Of a DNA stretch of 64,000 bases, positions 39,605 to 48,889 are shown piece by piece. The stretch's first letter is position 1. Each line of letters begins with the position of its first letter. The notes beneath the pieces are model-generated. The model was not told the origin of the DNA. It worked only from the letters and a program-made list of their open reading frames with translations, and made no database searches. Made by a program: the position numbers and the translations under genes. Where the stretch lies: the NCBI GenBank assembly GCA_028687915.1, contig JAQTZF010000001.1:354634-418633 (forward strand). Reading direction: 5' to 3'. The stretch comes from Candidatus Daviesbacteria bacterium (lineage in GTDB: Bacteria > Patescibacteriota > Microgenomatia > Daviesbacterales > UBA10151).

Positions 39605-40540
39605 TTATTTTGTCTTTTTCACTGCATGCTGGCCAAATTGACCGCGCATTGCAGAAATTACTTTATTTCTAAATCCTTCCGGGGAGTCCTCTGGGTCTTT
39701 ATCAGAATTTTCTCTGATTTTAATAGCGCTTTCCATGGCTGGTACGTCAATTCCCATCTCCCTGGCTACATCAACTGTCCAATCTGCCTCTCCCGGTACT
39801 CTTTTACCAGATCCTCCGGAACCAATGCTGGATGAAATATCAGATAGCTCCGGATCTTCTTTAAAGGCATCCCAGGCCCAATTAACAAGTCTTGATTCAA
39901 CTACAGAGCGATGCATATAAATATCCAAAACCTTATTAAAGTCATATTTAAAAGGGGAAAATTTCAGAATAGATAAACCTTCACCGATTGATTCCATCAT
40001 GCCGTATTCAATAGCATTATGAACCATTTTGGCAAAATGTCCTGCTCCAATTGGGCCTAAATATTGATAAGCATCTGGTGAAGCAGCAGCTTTGGCAAGT
40101 TCTGTAATTTTTTCATAGTCTTCTTTTTCTCCACCAATCATCAAACAAGCGCCACTTCTGGCTCCGCCTGGTCCACCAGATGTACCAATATCCATAAAGT
40201 GAATGCCTTTTTTAGCCAGAATTTCATTTCTTTTTAAAGTATCTTTATAAAAAGAATTACCTCCATCAATTACTAAATCTCCTGGTGAAAGTTTTTCTGC
40301 CAATTGATTTACTATTTCATCAACGACTTCTCCTGCAGTTACCATTACCCAAATTATTCTGGGAGTTTCTAGTTTTGAAATTAAGTCATCAATACTATTT
40401 GCCGGGGTAGCACCTGCTTTAGCTACTTCTGCAACAGGATCGGGAGATCTATTCCAAGCCACAATTTCAATGCCTTGCTCAAGCAAATGAAAAACCATAT
40501 TCTTGCCCATTCTTCCAAGTCCAATATAACCAATCTTCAT
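39605..40540 (-). CDS. gnd: 6-phosphogluconate dehydrogenase (short, decarboxylating)
   Basis: GLGRMG, IDGGNS, GHFAKMVHNAIEYG. Confidence 0.94.
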   Translation of the reverse strand: MKIGYIGLGRMGKNMVFHLLEQGIEIVAWNRSPDPVAEVAKAGATPANSIDDLISKLETPRIIWVMVTAGEVVDEIVNQLAEKLSPGDLVIDGGNSFYKDTLKRNEILAKKGIHFMDIGTSGGPGGARSGACLMIGGEKEDYEKITELAKAAASPDAYQYLGPIGAGHFAKMVHNAIEYGMMESIGEGLSILKFSPFKYDFNKVLDIYMHRSVVESRLVNWAWDAFKEDPELSDISSSIGSGGSGKRVPGEADWTVDVAREMGIDVPAMESAIKIRENSDKDPEDSPEGFRNKVISAMRGQFGQHAVKKTK

Positions 40541-40623
40541 GATGAGTTTTAGTATACTACTTCTTTTATAAAATAAAACAACTGAAAATTGACAATATAT
40601 AGGTCCTGCTCTATTATTTTTGC

Positions 40624-41103
40624 ATGAATGAGTACTTACTTCCCGAAGAGATATTTTGTTCCATGGAAAGAGAGGTATCTTTTGCTGATATTTTAATTAA
40701 TAAATTTAAAGAGCAAACAGATCCTCGAACTTATATTTCTGGCAGAAAAAATCCATCAAGTGAATTTATAATAGGTGATTTAAAAGCAGAGTATGACTTA
40801 GGTTGTTGCATTTCTCTGGAAAGATCTTATAGGAAACTTGATTATAAGGTACATTTTGGAGAAGCCAGTGCACGACAACTTCAATCTGGTTATTGTGCTG
40901 AAATAAGAGCAGGTGAATTGTATGATAGTCATTATCAAAAATACGTTGCAATTAAAGGAGGTATGTCACTAATAGACCTGAGTGACCCTTTGGGATTATT
41001 CTTAATTAATACTTTGAGGGATGTAGCTATAGAAGCAGGAATTAAAGGAATAAGTTTTAAGTTACTGCCTACTGATTGGCGACAGGTTATAAATGGGCTA
41101 TAG
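40624..41103 (+). CDS. hypothetical protein
   Basis: 159 aa ORF with its own TTGACA...TATTAT promoter just upstream. Confidence 0.65.
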   Translation: MNEYLLPEEIFCSMEREVSFADILINKFKEQTDPRTYISGRKNPSSEFIIGDLKAEYDLGCCISLERSYRKLDYKVHFGEASARQLQSGYCAEIRAGELYDSHYQKYVAIKGGMSLIDLSDPLGLFLINTLRDVAIEAGIKGISFKLLPTDWRQVINGL

Positions 41104-41121
41104 CTATGCTATGATAAATTT

Positions 41122-41985
41122 ATGACTGCAAGAGAATGGTTGGAAAAAGCAAAGAGGGAAAAGTTTGCCATTGGTGCTTTTAATGTTGGAAATTTAGAAA
41201 CTTTTAAAGCAATAGTCGCTGCTGCTCATGCCAAAAAATCTCCTGTAATAATTGAATCTTCGCCTGGAGAAACTGAATGGATGGAAGCGGACAATATAGT
41301 TGATCTTGCCAGAAATTATTCTAAAGATTTAGGAATTCCAATTTTAGTAAATTTAGATCATGCCGAATCTTTGGAACAATGCCAGATTGGGATAGAGGCA
41401 GGTTATGATTTAATTCATTTTGATGGATCAAAATTAGCCTTTGAAGAAAATTTAGAAATTGCTAAAAAAGTTGTGGCTTTAGCTCATCAAAAAGGTTTAA
41501 TAGTTGAAGGAGAATTTGATCATATTCAAGGTTCATCAGAAGTGCATTCCGGTTCTGCAAAGGTTGAAAGTGCAAAAATACCAATGACTGATCCAAATAA
41601 GGCAGAACAATTTGTGAAAGTTACAGGAGTGGATATTTTAGCTGCTTTTTTTGGAAATGTTCACGGAGTATTTAGTGAAGGTGGGGAAGATTTGGATTTA
41701 GACCGTTTAGAAGAAATTTCTTCTAAAATGCCAGATAAATTTTTATCCCTTCATGGTGGATCCGGTATAGCAGATGAACAGGTAAAAGAAGCTATAGAAA
41801 GAGGGATAACAAAAGTAAATATTAATACAGAAATGCGCCAGGCATTCCGTGAGAATATGGAAAATGTTTTAGACAAAAACCCAGATGAAATTGCCATGTA
41901 CAAGATTGAACAACCTGTTATTGATGAAATTCAAAAAATTGTTGAGCAAAAAATTGATGTCTTCGGTTCTGCGAATAAAATTTAG
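41122..41985 (+). CDS. fba: class II fructose-bisphosphate aldolase
   Basis: LDH, GNVHG, LHGGSG, KVNINT. Confidence 0.92.
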   Translation: MTAREWLEKAKREKFAIGAFNVGNLETFKAIVAAAHAKKSPVIIESSPGETEWMEADNIVDLARNYSKDLGIPILVNLDHAESLEQCQIGIEAGYDLIHFDGSKLAFEENLEIAKKVVALAHQKGLIVEGEFDHIQGSSEVHSGSAKVESAKIPMTDPNKAEQFVKVTGVDILAAFFGNVHGVFSEGGEDLDLDRLEEISSKMPDKFLSLHGGSGIADEQVKEAIERGITKVNINTEMRQAFRENMENVLDKNPDEIAMYKIEQPVIDEIQKIVEQKIDVFGSANKI

Positions 41986-42689
41986 TGGATGACTACTCTT
42001 GTTCCTGGGTTATCTGGTGTGGCTCTTAGAGCATTTACTCCTGCTGGTACTACTGGTCCTGCCCAATCAAAAATTTGAGCAGCAGAGGCAAGTGGTTCAT
42101 TAACACAACCGTGACTCATGGGGTGACCAAAATTATTATGCCAATAAGCTCCATGTAAAGCATACCCCTGATAGAAAAACATATTGCTTGGAACATTTGG
42201 TAAATTATAATATGTACCTAACTCTTGTGATCCGCCTTTCATTCTTTGGTATCTGGTTTTATACCAGATATAAAATGTTCCTCGTGGTGTAGAATTCCAA
42301 AGACCTGAAGAAATTAAAAATTCAAAAACTAATCTATTGCCTTCATAAGCTCTTAGCTTTTGTTCTGCCAGAGAAACGTCTATCCATTTTTCTTCTCCAG
42401 CAGCATTGGTTGTACCAAGTACTTTTGAAGTATCTTCTTCATTGGAATTTGATAAGGCGAGTGAAGTTTTTGGATAATCTATAACCTGACTGTCAAAAAC
42501 TGCAATATTGGCTTCTTCTTCAAAGTCTCCCGAAGCAGAAAGTACCTCTTCTACTTTACAGCATGATGTAGTTGGGTCTCCTGAGATGTTTAATTTATAT
42601 GCTATAAAACTTCTAAAAGGCACATAAAAATAAGCTATAGCGATGAAAATAATAATTAGCAGGATGAAGATGGACAGTATCTTATACAC
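41982..42689 (-). CDS. L,D-transpeptidase (YkuD family)
   Basis: ALHGAYWHNNFGHPMSHGCVN; N-terminal TM. Confidence 0.92.
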   Translation of the reverse strand: MYKILSIFILLIIIFIAIAYFYVPFRSFIAYKLNISGDPTTSCCKVEEVLSASGDFEEEANIAVFDSQVIDYPKTSLALSNSNEEDTSKVLGTTNAAGEEKWIDVSLAEQKLRAYEGNRLVFEFLISSGLWNSTPRGTFYIWYKTRYQRMKGGSQELGTYYNLPNVPSNMFFYQGYALHGAYWHNNFGHPMSHGCVNEPLASAAQIFDWAGPVVPAGVNALRATPDNPGTRVVIH

Positions 42690-42801
42690 TTAGTATATTT
42701 TCCTCAGCCTGTACCTTAAAGTCAAGAGGCGATGCATTATAACTTTGATTAAAAGTTGTAATTTGAAGTATATTTGATATAGACTTGCTTGAAAGAAATT
42801 A

Positions 42802-43917
42802 ATGAATTACAAAATAATATACAACCATAGGCATTGGTTTATTAATTTATTTCTCTTGGGAATACTAATTGTATTCCTATACTTTTTTGTATTCTTTTTT
42901 ATCCCCTTAGCATTACCAGAAGCTAGTTTTTCCAATACAACTAAATCCGGCATTATATTTAGAAATGAAAAATGGAGTGGTGTTATTACAATTACAGGAG
43001 ATATATGGACTTTTCCCGGGGCAAAAGTAAGTGTGGTTCCTGGTACAAAAATATTAATTGCCAGACAAGATAGCTTTAATTTGCATTTTATTCCCTGGGA
43101 TTTAAAGTCCGGAATGAATACTGATAAAGAAAGATTTGGTATTCGGAATGGTGAATTGTTTAAAGATGAAGGACATAAAATAAGTTTGAATTTTGGAAAA
43201 TTTTATGCTCTTGGAACAAAAGAACAACCAATCATTATTACCTCAATAGGATCAAGTGATTTTAGTCCCTATGATTTTAATGGCGTTAGCGTTCATGAAG
43301 GAATATTAAGCTTTGTAAATATTTCAAATTATAGAAAATTATTAGTGGGGAATAATGTCATAATTCGTGATAGTGAACTAACTAATTCTGGTGAATGTGC
43401 AATATGTATTGAATATGCTAATCCCACAATCGTTAATAATGTTTTTAATAAAAACCTCAGGAATTACATATGGGTTTTAGGTGGTAGTCCAAAAATTAAT
43501 GATAATTTATTTCAATCATCCAAAGGAGAGGGACTTGTGTTGGATCCTAAAAAGATTGCAGTTCCTCTTATTTATCATAATAGCTTTGAAATGCCTAGTC
43601 AGGTAGCTTTACATATATTATCTGGTGATGAAGATATAGGAGGAATGGTTGCATTTAATGATTTTGCTGGTGAAAATAAGATTTTATTACCATGTGACAG
43701 CAGAATGAAATTTGTTCAGAATTTAATTAGAGGTGGAATTGAATTTGCAAATTCAGGTAATTGTAATGGAAGTATGACCATTGGTCCAAACTATTGGCAA
43801 TCTACTAATAGAAATTCAATAATAAAAGAAAAATTCATTAATAAAGAGTCTAATTTTCAAATTATTTTACCATCTGTCTTAACTTCTACTCCCAGTACCA
43901 TAGGAAGAAGAAAATAA
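42802..43917 (+). CDS. membrane-anchored right-handed beta-helix protein
   Basis: TM, ALGTKEQPIIITS, repeated PTIVNNVF/PKINDNLF/PLIYHNSF coils. Confidence 0.7.
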   Translation: MNYKIIYNHRHWFINLFLLGILIVFLYFFVFFFIPLALPEASFSNTTKSGIIFRNEKWSGVITITGDIWTFPGAKVSVVPGTKILIARQDSFNLHFIPWDLKSGMNTDKERFGIRNGELFKDEGHKISLNFGKFYALGTKEQPIIITSIGSSDFSPYDFNGVSVHEGILSFVNISNYRKLLVGNNVIIRDSELTNSGECAICIEYANPTIVNNVFNKNLRNYIWVLGGSPKINDNLFQSSKGEGLVLDPKKIAVPLIYHNSFEMPSQVALHILSGDEDIGGMVAFNDFAGENKILLPCDSRMKFVQNLIRGGIEFANSGNCNGSMTIGPNYWQSTNRNSIIKEKFINKESNFQIILPSVLTSTPSTIGRRK

Positions 43918-43973
43918 AAGCCTTAACCTCTTGTCATCAGCAGCACAAGATGATATATAAGATTTATCTTTTT

Positions 43974-44681
43974 ATGAAACAAAATCACATTGTTATTATT
44001 TTTATCATCTTAGCAATTATTGCTCTATCTTCTGCAGGAGCTAATGCTTTAAAGATCAGTTTTTCAGCTGATAATGTAACTCCAACACCCACAGAAAGTA
44101 TTTTATTTAATCAGGATGGAAATAAGCTTGATCAAAATATTTTAAGTGCACAAGATAAAATATCACCAGCTAATACAAAACCAGAGCCAACTAAAATTCA
44201 ACCAAAACAATATCGTCAATTTCCCGGGAACCTTTCTGCAGAAGAGTTAATTAATAAAAAAGCTGTGATTGAAACAGATAAGGGAACCATCTCTTTTGAA
44301 ATTTATCCAGAAAGCACGAAAGCAGCTTCTAATTTTATTTTTTTAGCTAAAGATGGTTTTTATGATGGACTAACATTTCATAGAGTTGTTCCTGGTTTTG
44401 TTATTCAGGGAGGTGATCCATTTGGAAATGGTAGTGGTGGACCAGGATATAAATTTGATGACGAACCAGTTAATAAGCAATACTTAAAAGGAATTGTGGC
44501 AATGGCAAATTCCGGTCCAAATACCAATGGGTCTCAATTTTTTATTATGTTGGATGATAATCCACAGTTACCTCCCAAATATACAATTTTTGGTATGGTT
44601 ATCGACGGGCAAAGTATTGTTGATCAAATAAAAGTGGGGGATGTTATGAGGAAAGTGACAATCACTTCGTTGAATAAATAG
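43974..44681 (+). CDS. exported cyclophilin-type peptidyl-prolyl isomerase
   Basis: FHRVVPGFVIQGGDP, AMANSGPNTNGSQFF; start 43974 or 43950. Confidence 0.93.
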   Translation: MKQNHIVIIFIILAIIALSSAGANALKISFSADNVTPTPTESILFNQDGNKLDQNILSAQDKISPANTKPEPTKIQPKQYRQFPGNLSAEELINKKAVIETDKGTISFEIYPESTKAASNFIFLAKDGFYDGLTFHRVVPGFVIQGGDPFGNGSGGPGYKFDDEPVNKQYLKGIVAMANSGPNTNGSQFFIMLDDNPQLPPKYTIFGMVIDGQSIVDQIKVGDVMRKVTITSLNK

Positions 44682-44687
44682 GCTATT

Positions 44688-44780
44688 ACTCAATATATTG
44701 TATATTGACAGCTGTCCTACTCAATATGTTAAGTTAGATAAGCAGTTGCTAAAAATAACTGATTATACAAGATATTGTAT
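44688..44780. promoter_or_regulatory. NrdR boxes (44688-44703, 44719-44734, 44765-44780)
   Basis: actCAATATATTGtat, actCAATATGTTaagt, ataCAAGATATTGtat match acaCwAtATaTwGtgt; first two are 31 bp apart and flank TTGACA 44705-44710. Confidence 0.75.
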
Positions 44781-44788
44781 AAAGAGAT

Positions 44789-45232
44789 ATGAGATGCCCT
44801 TTCTGTAGTAATCCTAGTAATCGGGTTTTAGATAAAAGAACGGTTTCAGGTACTGGAGAAATTAGAAGACGAAGAGTTTGCTTACACTGTCAAGGTCGGT
44901 TTACCACATACGAGAGGTTGTCAAATTTACAGTTTTTGGTTTTTAAAAGGAGCGGTCATAAAGAACCATATAACCGGGATAAGTTAAAGAACGGGATAGT
45001 AAAAGCTTTGGAAAAGCGGCCTGAGTCACAAAACTTAGACGAGCTTGTTTCCAAGCTTGAACGGAAAATCTGGAAAAAAGGTATATCTGAGGTTAATTCT
45101 CAATATATTGGTAAGGTAGTGCTGTCAGAATTGAAAAAGATTGATAGTGTTGCATACTTACGCTTTGCCAGTGTTTATCGTCATTTTGAAAATCCTAAAG
45201 ATTTTGCAAAAGAATTAGAAAGCATGAATTAA
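44789..45232 (+). CDS. nrdR: transcriptional repressor NrdR
   Basis: MRCPFC, RRRRVCLHCQGRFTTYE, AYLRFASVY. Confidence 0.96.
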   Translation: MRCPFCSNPSNRVLDKRTVSGTGEIRRRRVCLHCQGRFTTYERLSNLQFLVFKRSGHKEPYNRDKLKNGIVKALEKRPESQNLDELVSKLERKIWKKGISEVNSQYIGKVVLSELKKIDSVAYLRFASVYRHFENPKDFAKELESMN

Positions 45233-45234
45233 AA

Positions 45235-45330
45235 TATAAGCAAAGCTTGAAATTAAGGAATTATAAGCAAAGCTTGAAATTAAGAAATTATAAGCAAAGC
45301 TTGCGACTAACGTCTAAAGCAAAGCTTGAA
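45235..45330. repeat. four tandem units with AAGCAAAGCTT mini-hairpin core
   Basis: Core at 45238, 45265, 45292, 45317 (period 27, 27, 25). Confidence 0.9.
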
Positions 45331-45347
45331 TTTTTATAAATAAAAAT

Positions 45348-47801
45348 ATGGCAAAAAAACTAAAAAATACTAAATCTAAAGTTTTCGCTCAGCAAGTAAA
45401 TGTAATACCAAAAAGCGAAAGGCATGTATCTCCTAAGCTAGAGATATCTGCTGTTCCTGAAAATCCAACTTTGATTGAAGGTTTACAGAATAAAATATTT
45501 TTAGACAGATATGCCTGGAAAGATGAAAAAGGCAATCCTATGGAAAGTGTGCCAGATCAAATGTGGTCCCGTGTGGCCAGGGCTATTGCTCATGTTGAAA
45601 AAACTCCAAAATTACAAAAAGAATGGGAGGAGAAATTCTTTTATGCTTTATCAGACTTTAAGTTTTTACCAGGAGGCAGAATTTTATCTGCAGCAGGAAC
45701 AGGTTATGAGGTAACTTATTACAATTGTTTTGTTATTCCGTCTCCTCCGGATTCAAGAGGTGGAATTATAGATAACTTAAAAATAATGACAGAGATGTTA
45801 TCTCGTGCAGGAGGAGTGGGGATTAACTTATCAACCCTTCGTCCAAGTGGTGCAAGGGTACATAAAGTAAACGGGACTTCTTCCGGACCAGTAAACTGGG
45901 CAAATCTTTATTCAGTCGCTTGCCATGATGTGATTCAACAGGGTGGTTCAAGAAGAGGAGCATTAATGTTAATGCTGCATGATTGGCATCCTGATATTGA
46001 ATTATTTATTGAAGCTAAAAAAGATTTAACGCAATTAGCAGGAGCAAACTTATCAGTTTGTTTATCTGATACATTTATGGAAGCGGTAGAAAATGACGCA
46101 GATTGGACTCTTCGTTTTCCAGATCATAAACACCCACAATATGATTTGGAATGGGATGGAGATTTAGCTGGGTGGGAAGCCAAAGGCTATCCAGTGGTTG
46201 ATTATAGAACTGTTAAAGCTAAAGATGTCTGGAATAAGATTTGTCAGTTAGCCTGGGCTTCAGCTGAGCCAGGATTACATTTCCTGGAACGCAGCAATAA
46301 ACAATCCAACACCTGGTATTTTGAAAAATTAGTTTGCACTAACCCTTGTGGAGAACAGCCTTTGGGTCCCTGGGCAGTTTGTAATTTAGGATCAATTAAT
46401 TTATCAGCCTTTGTAGAAGATGAAGTGATGAATTACGAAAGCTTGGCAGAGCATGTAGCGATTGCAGTAAGGTTTTTGGATAACGTTATTGATGATAATT
46501 ATTATTTTTATCCAGAAAATGAAGCAATTCAGAAAAATGTACGCCGAATTGGTTTAGGCACCATGGGATTAGGAGATGCTTTAATTAAAATGAAAGTTAA
46601 GTATGGTTCTCCGGAGTCTTTGGAAATTATTGAAAAAATTTATAAGACAGTCAGAGATAATGCTTATCAGGCATCTTCAGATATTGCTTTAGAAAAAGGC
46701 TCTTTTCCTAAATTTAATAAAGAAAAGTATTTACAAGGGTACTTTATTAAACAATTACCAGAAAATATTCGTGAAAGTATAGAACATCAAGGAATCAGAA
46801 ATGCTGTGTTATTAACTCAGGCACCAACCGGAACAACAAGTTTATTAGCTGGTGTTAGTTCCGGAATTGAACCAGTGTTTGATTTTGCTATGAAAAGAAA
46901 AGACAGAACTGGTGAAAGTATTATTTATCATCCTCTTTTTAAGGCCTGGAAAGATGAAAATGAGGGAATTGAGATTCCACCAGATTATTTTGCCGGAGCT
47001 AATGATTTAACTCCTGATGATCATATTTTAGTTCAGGCTACAGTGCAAAAGTATACTGATGCATCTATCTCTAAAACAGTTAACGCTCAAAATAATCATA
47101 CAGTAGAAGATGTGCAGAAGCTTTATATGGATGCTTACAAGTTAGGTTGTAAGGGTATAACTTATATGAGAGATGGTTCAAGAGAAGGCGTTTTAACACA
47201 TATTAACGAGAATTCTAAACAACAAGAATCAACTCAAGTCCAGCCTGTCCACCGTCCTATGGTTTTATCTGGTCGTACTTATGAAATTTTAACTCCTGTA
47301 GGAAAAGCTTTTATTACAATTAATCAGGATGAAAATGGGGTACCAATGGAAATCTTTATTACTGTAGGTAAGACAGGTATGCATACGGGAGCAGATGCTG
47401 AAGCTTTGGGGAGACTTATTTCCATTGCTTTAAGAGTAGATACAAATAAAAGGTTGGAAGTTGCAGAAAAAATAGTAAATCAGTTAAGAGGAATAGGTGG
47501 ATCTTCTCATATAGGTTTTGGTAAGGAAAGAGTTATGAGTTTGGCTGATGCAGTAGCAAAAGTTATGGCTGAAGATTTATCTCATAGGTTATCAAATTCA
47601 GCTAAGTCTGTTGAAACAATGCCTCTAAATTTGGATTCAGGTAAAACAAATGGGGTTGATCATTCTCAAATGTCAGGTTTACTTCCTTTTGAGGATCATA
47701 CATCAAAAAGTGGAGATCTTTGTCCTGAATGTGGGCAGGCAACCTTTGTTTTTGAAGAAGGCTGCAAGAAGTGTCACAATTGTGGCCATAGTATGTGTTG
47801 A
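45348..47801 (+). CDS. nrdJ: class II (AdoCbl-dependent) ribonucleotide reductase with C-terminal TSCPD/zinc ribbon
   Basis: FLPGGRIL, YNCFV, TNPCGEQPL, APTGT, C-terminal CPECG...EGCKKCHNCG; no R2 gene nearby. Confidence 0.93.
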   Translation: MAKKLKNTKSKVFAQQVNVIPKSERHVSPKLEISAVPENPTLIEGLQNKIFLDRYAWKDEKGNPMESVPDQMWSRVARAIAHVEKTPKLQKEWEEKFFYALSDFKFLPGGRILSAAGTGYEVTYYNCFVIPSPPDSRGGIIDNLKIMTEMLSRAGGVGINLSTLRPSGARVHKVNGTSSGPVNWANLYSVACHDVIQQGGSRRGALMLMLHDWHPDIELFIEAKKDLTQLAGANLSVCLSDTFMEAVENDADWTLRFPDHKHPQYDLEWDGDLAGWEAKGYPVVDYRTVKAKDVWNKICQLAWASAEPGLHFLERSNKQSNTWYFEKLVCTNPCGEQPLGPWAVCNLGSINLSAFVEDEVMNYESLAEHVAIAVRFLDNVIDDNYYFYPENEAIQKNVRRIGLGTMGLGDALIKMKVKYGSPESLEIIEKIYKTVRDNAYQASSDIALEKGSFPKFNKEKYLQGYFIKQLPENIRESIEHQGIRNAVLLTQAPTGTTSLLAGVSSGIEPVFDFAMKRKDRTGESIIYHPLFKAWKDENEGIEIPPDYFAGANDLTPDDHILVQATVQKYTDASISKTVNAQNNHTVEDVQKLYMDAYKLGCKGITYMRDGSREGVLTHINENSKQQESTQVQPVHRPMVLSGRTYEILTPVGKAFITINQDENGVPMEIFITVGKTGMHTGADAEALGRLISIALRVDTNKRLEVAEKIVNQLRGIGGSSHIGFGKERVMSLADAVAKVMAEDLSHRLSNSAKSVETMPLNLDSGKTNGVDHSQMSGLLPFEDHTSKSGDLCPECGQATFVFEEGCKKCHNCGHSMC

Positions 47802-47818
47802 TGTGCTAAAATAAGCAC

Positions 47819-48139
47819 ATGGGTTTTTTTAAGGTAGCTCATCTTTTAACTCTATTTGTTGCTTATCTTTTGCTTATTTTGCCAAATTTTAAGATTATTC
47901 CTTATCCACTTGGTGAGTATACATCGTTAGAATGGGCAGTTTTTGATCAGCTTATTGTTCTTCTGGCATTTATTACTTCAGTAATTGCATTACTAAAAAA
48001 CAAATATAGTAAAGTTTTAAGCATTTTTCTAATATTTTTATCCCTTATTCCATTTATCTTGGTTTCATTTCTGTTTATAGATGGAGTGTTTTCAGGTAAT
48101 TATCATTTGGATTATCTTTCTAATAAATATTTTAAATAA
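47819..48139 (+). CDS. small membrane protein
   Basis: Three hydrophobic segments; TGcTAAAAT 6 nt before ATG. Confidence 0.65.
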   Translation: MGFFKVAHLLTLFVAYLLLILPNFKIIPYPLGEYTSLEWAVFDQLIVLLAFITSVIALLKNKYSKVLSIFLIFLSLIPFILVSFLFIDGVFSGNYHLDYLSNKYFK

Positions 48140-48228
48140 TTTGATTTGGAAGATTCTTCTGGTCCAGTGGACCATCAGAATGCAAACATATATTCGCAAT
48201 GACACCTTTCTTTTGCTAGAATTGGCTC

Positions 48229-48762
48229 ATGAATGAAGATCATGGTTTGATTATTGTATATACAGGAGAAGGAAAAGGGAAAACCACTGCAGCACTTGGT
48301 ATAGTTTTGCGTTCTTTAGGATATGGAAAAAGAGTTTTAATTGTTCAATTTGGAAAGTCTGCCTTTAGTGGTGAGGTTAAAGCTTTAGAGCAATTTGGTG
48401 ATCAAGTAAAATTAATCCAGGGTGGCAAAGGGTTTGTAGGTATTTTGGGGGATAAAAAACTAATTTCAGAACATAAACAAGCAGCAATTGAGTCTTTTGA
48501 GTTATTAAAAAAAGAAATTATGTCTGAAAAGTGGGACCTGGTTATGGCGGACGAGATTATTGGAGCAGTTTCTGGTAATATACTAGATATTAAGTTGGTT
48601 TTAGACCTACTTGATCAAAAACCAGAGTTTGTTGATTTAATTCTGACAGGTAGGGGAGCAAGTCAGGAAATCATCGAAAAAGCGGATTTGGTTTCAGAGA
48701 TAAAATCAATTAAGCATCCATTTGATAAAGGAATTAAGGCTAAGAGGGGTATAGATTTTTAA
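48229..48762 (+). CDS. btuR: cob(I)alamin adenosyltransferase (CobA/BtuR family)
   Basis: YTGEGKGKTTAALG, VQF, DE, LTGR, KHPF, GIDF. Confidence 0.92.
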   Translation: MNEDHGLIIVYTGEGKGKTTAALGIVLRSLGYGKRVLIVQFGKSAFSGEVKALEQFGDQVKLIQGGKGFVGILGDKKLISEHKQAAIESFELLKKEIMSEKWDLVMADEIIGAVSGNILDIKLVLDLLDQKPEFVDLILTGRGASQEIIEKADLVSEIKSIKHPFDKGIKAKRGIDF

Positions 48763-48838
48763 AATTGACCCCTTGCCAAAAATAAGAACCTTTCGCTTTG
48801 CTCAAGAACCTTGCGATTGTCAAGGGTATTGACAATCT

Positions 48839-48865
48839 TTAGCACTCGTGGTACATTACTGCTAA
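48839..48865. promoter_or_regulatory. CIRCE-like HrcA operator overlapping the lon promoter
   Basis: TTAGCACTC-N9-TACTGCTAA (2 mismatches to GAGTGCTAA); TTGACA 48829 and TACATT 48852 are 17 nt apart. Confidence 0.75.
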
Positions 48866-48889
48866 TTCTAAGTTAATTAGAAAAAAATA

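Noticed and set aside
45235-45330. Possible CRISPR array
   Set aside because: Conserved core is only about 11-15 bp, intervening sequences are short and near-identical, and there are no cas genes.
45233-45347. Cobalamin riboswitch upstream of nrdJ
   Set aside because: No B12-box or conserved core is recognisable; the region is AT-rich tandem repeat.
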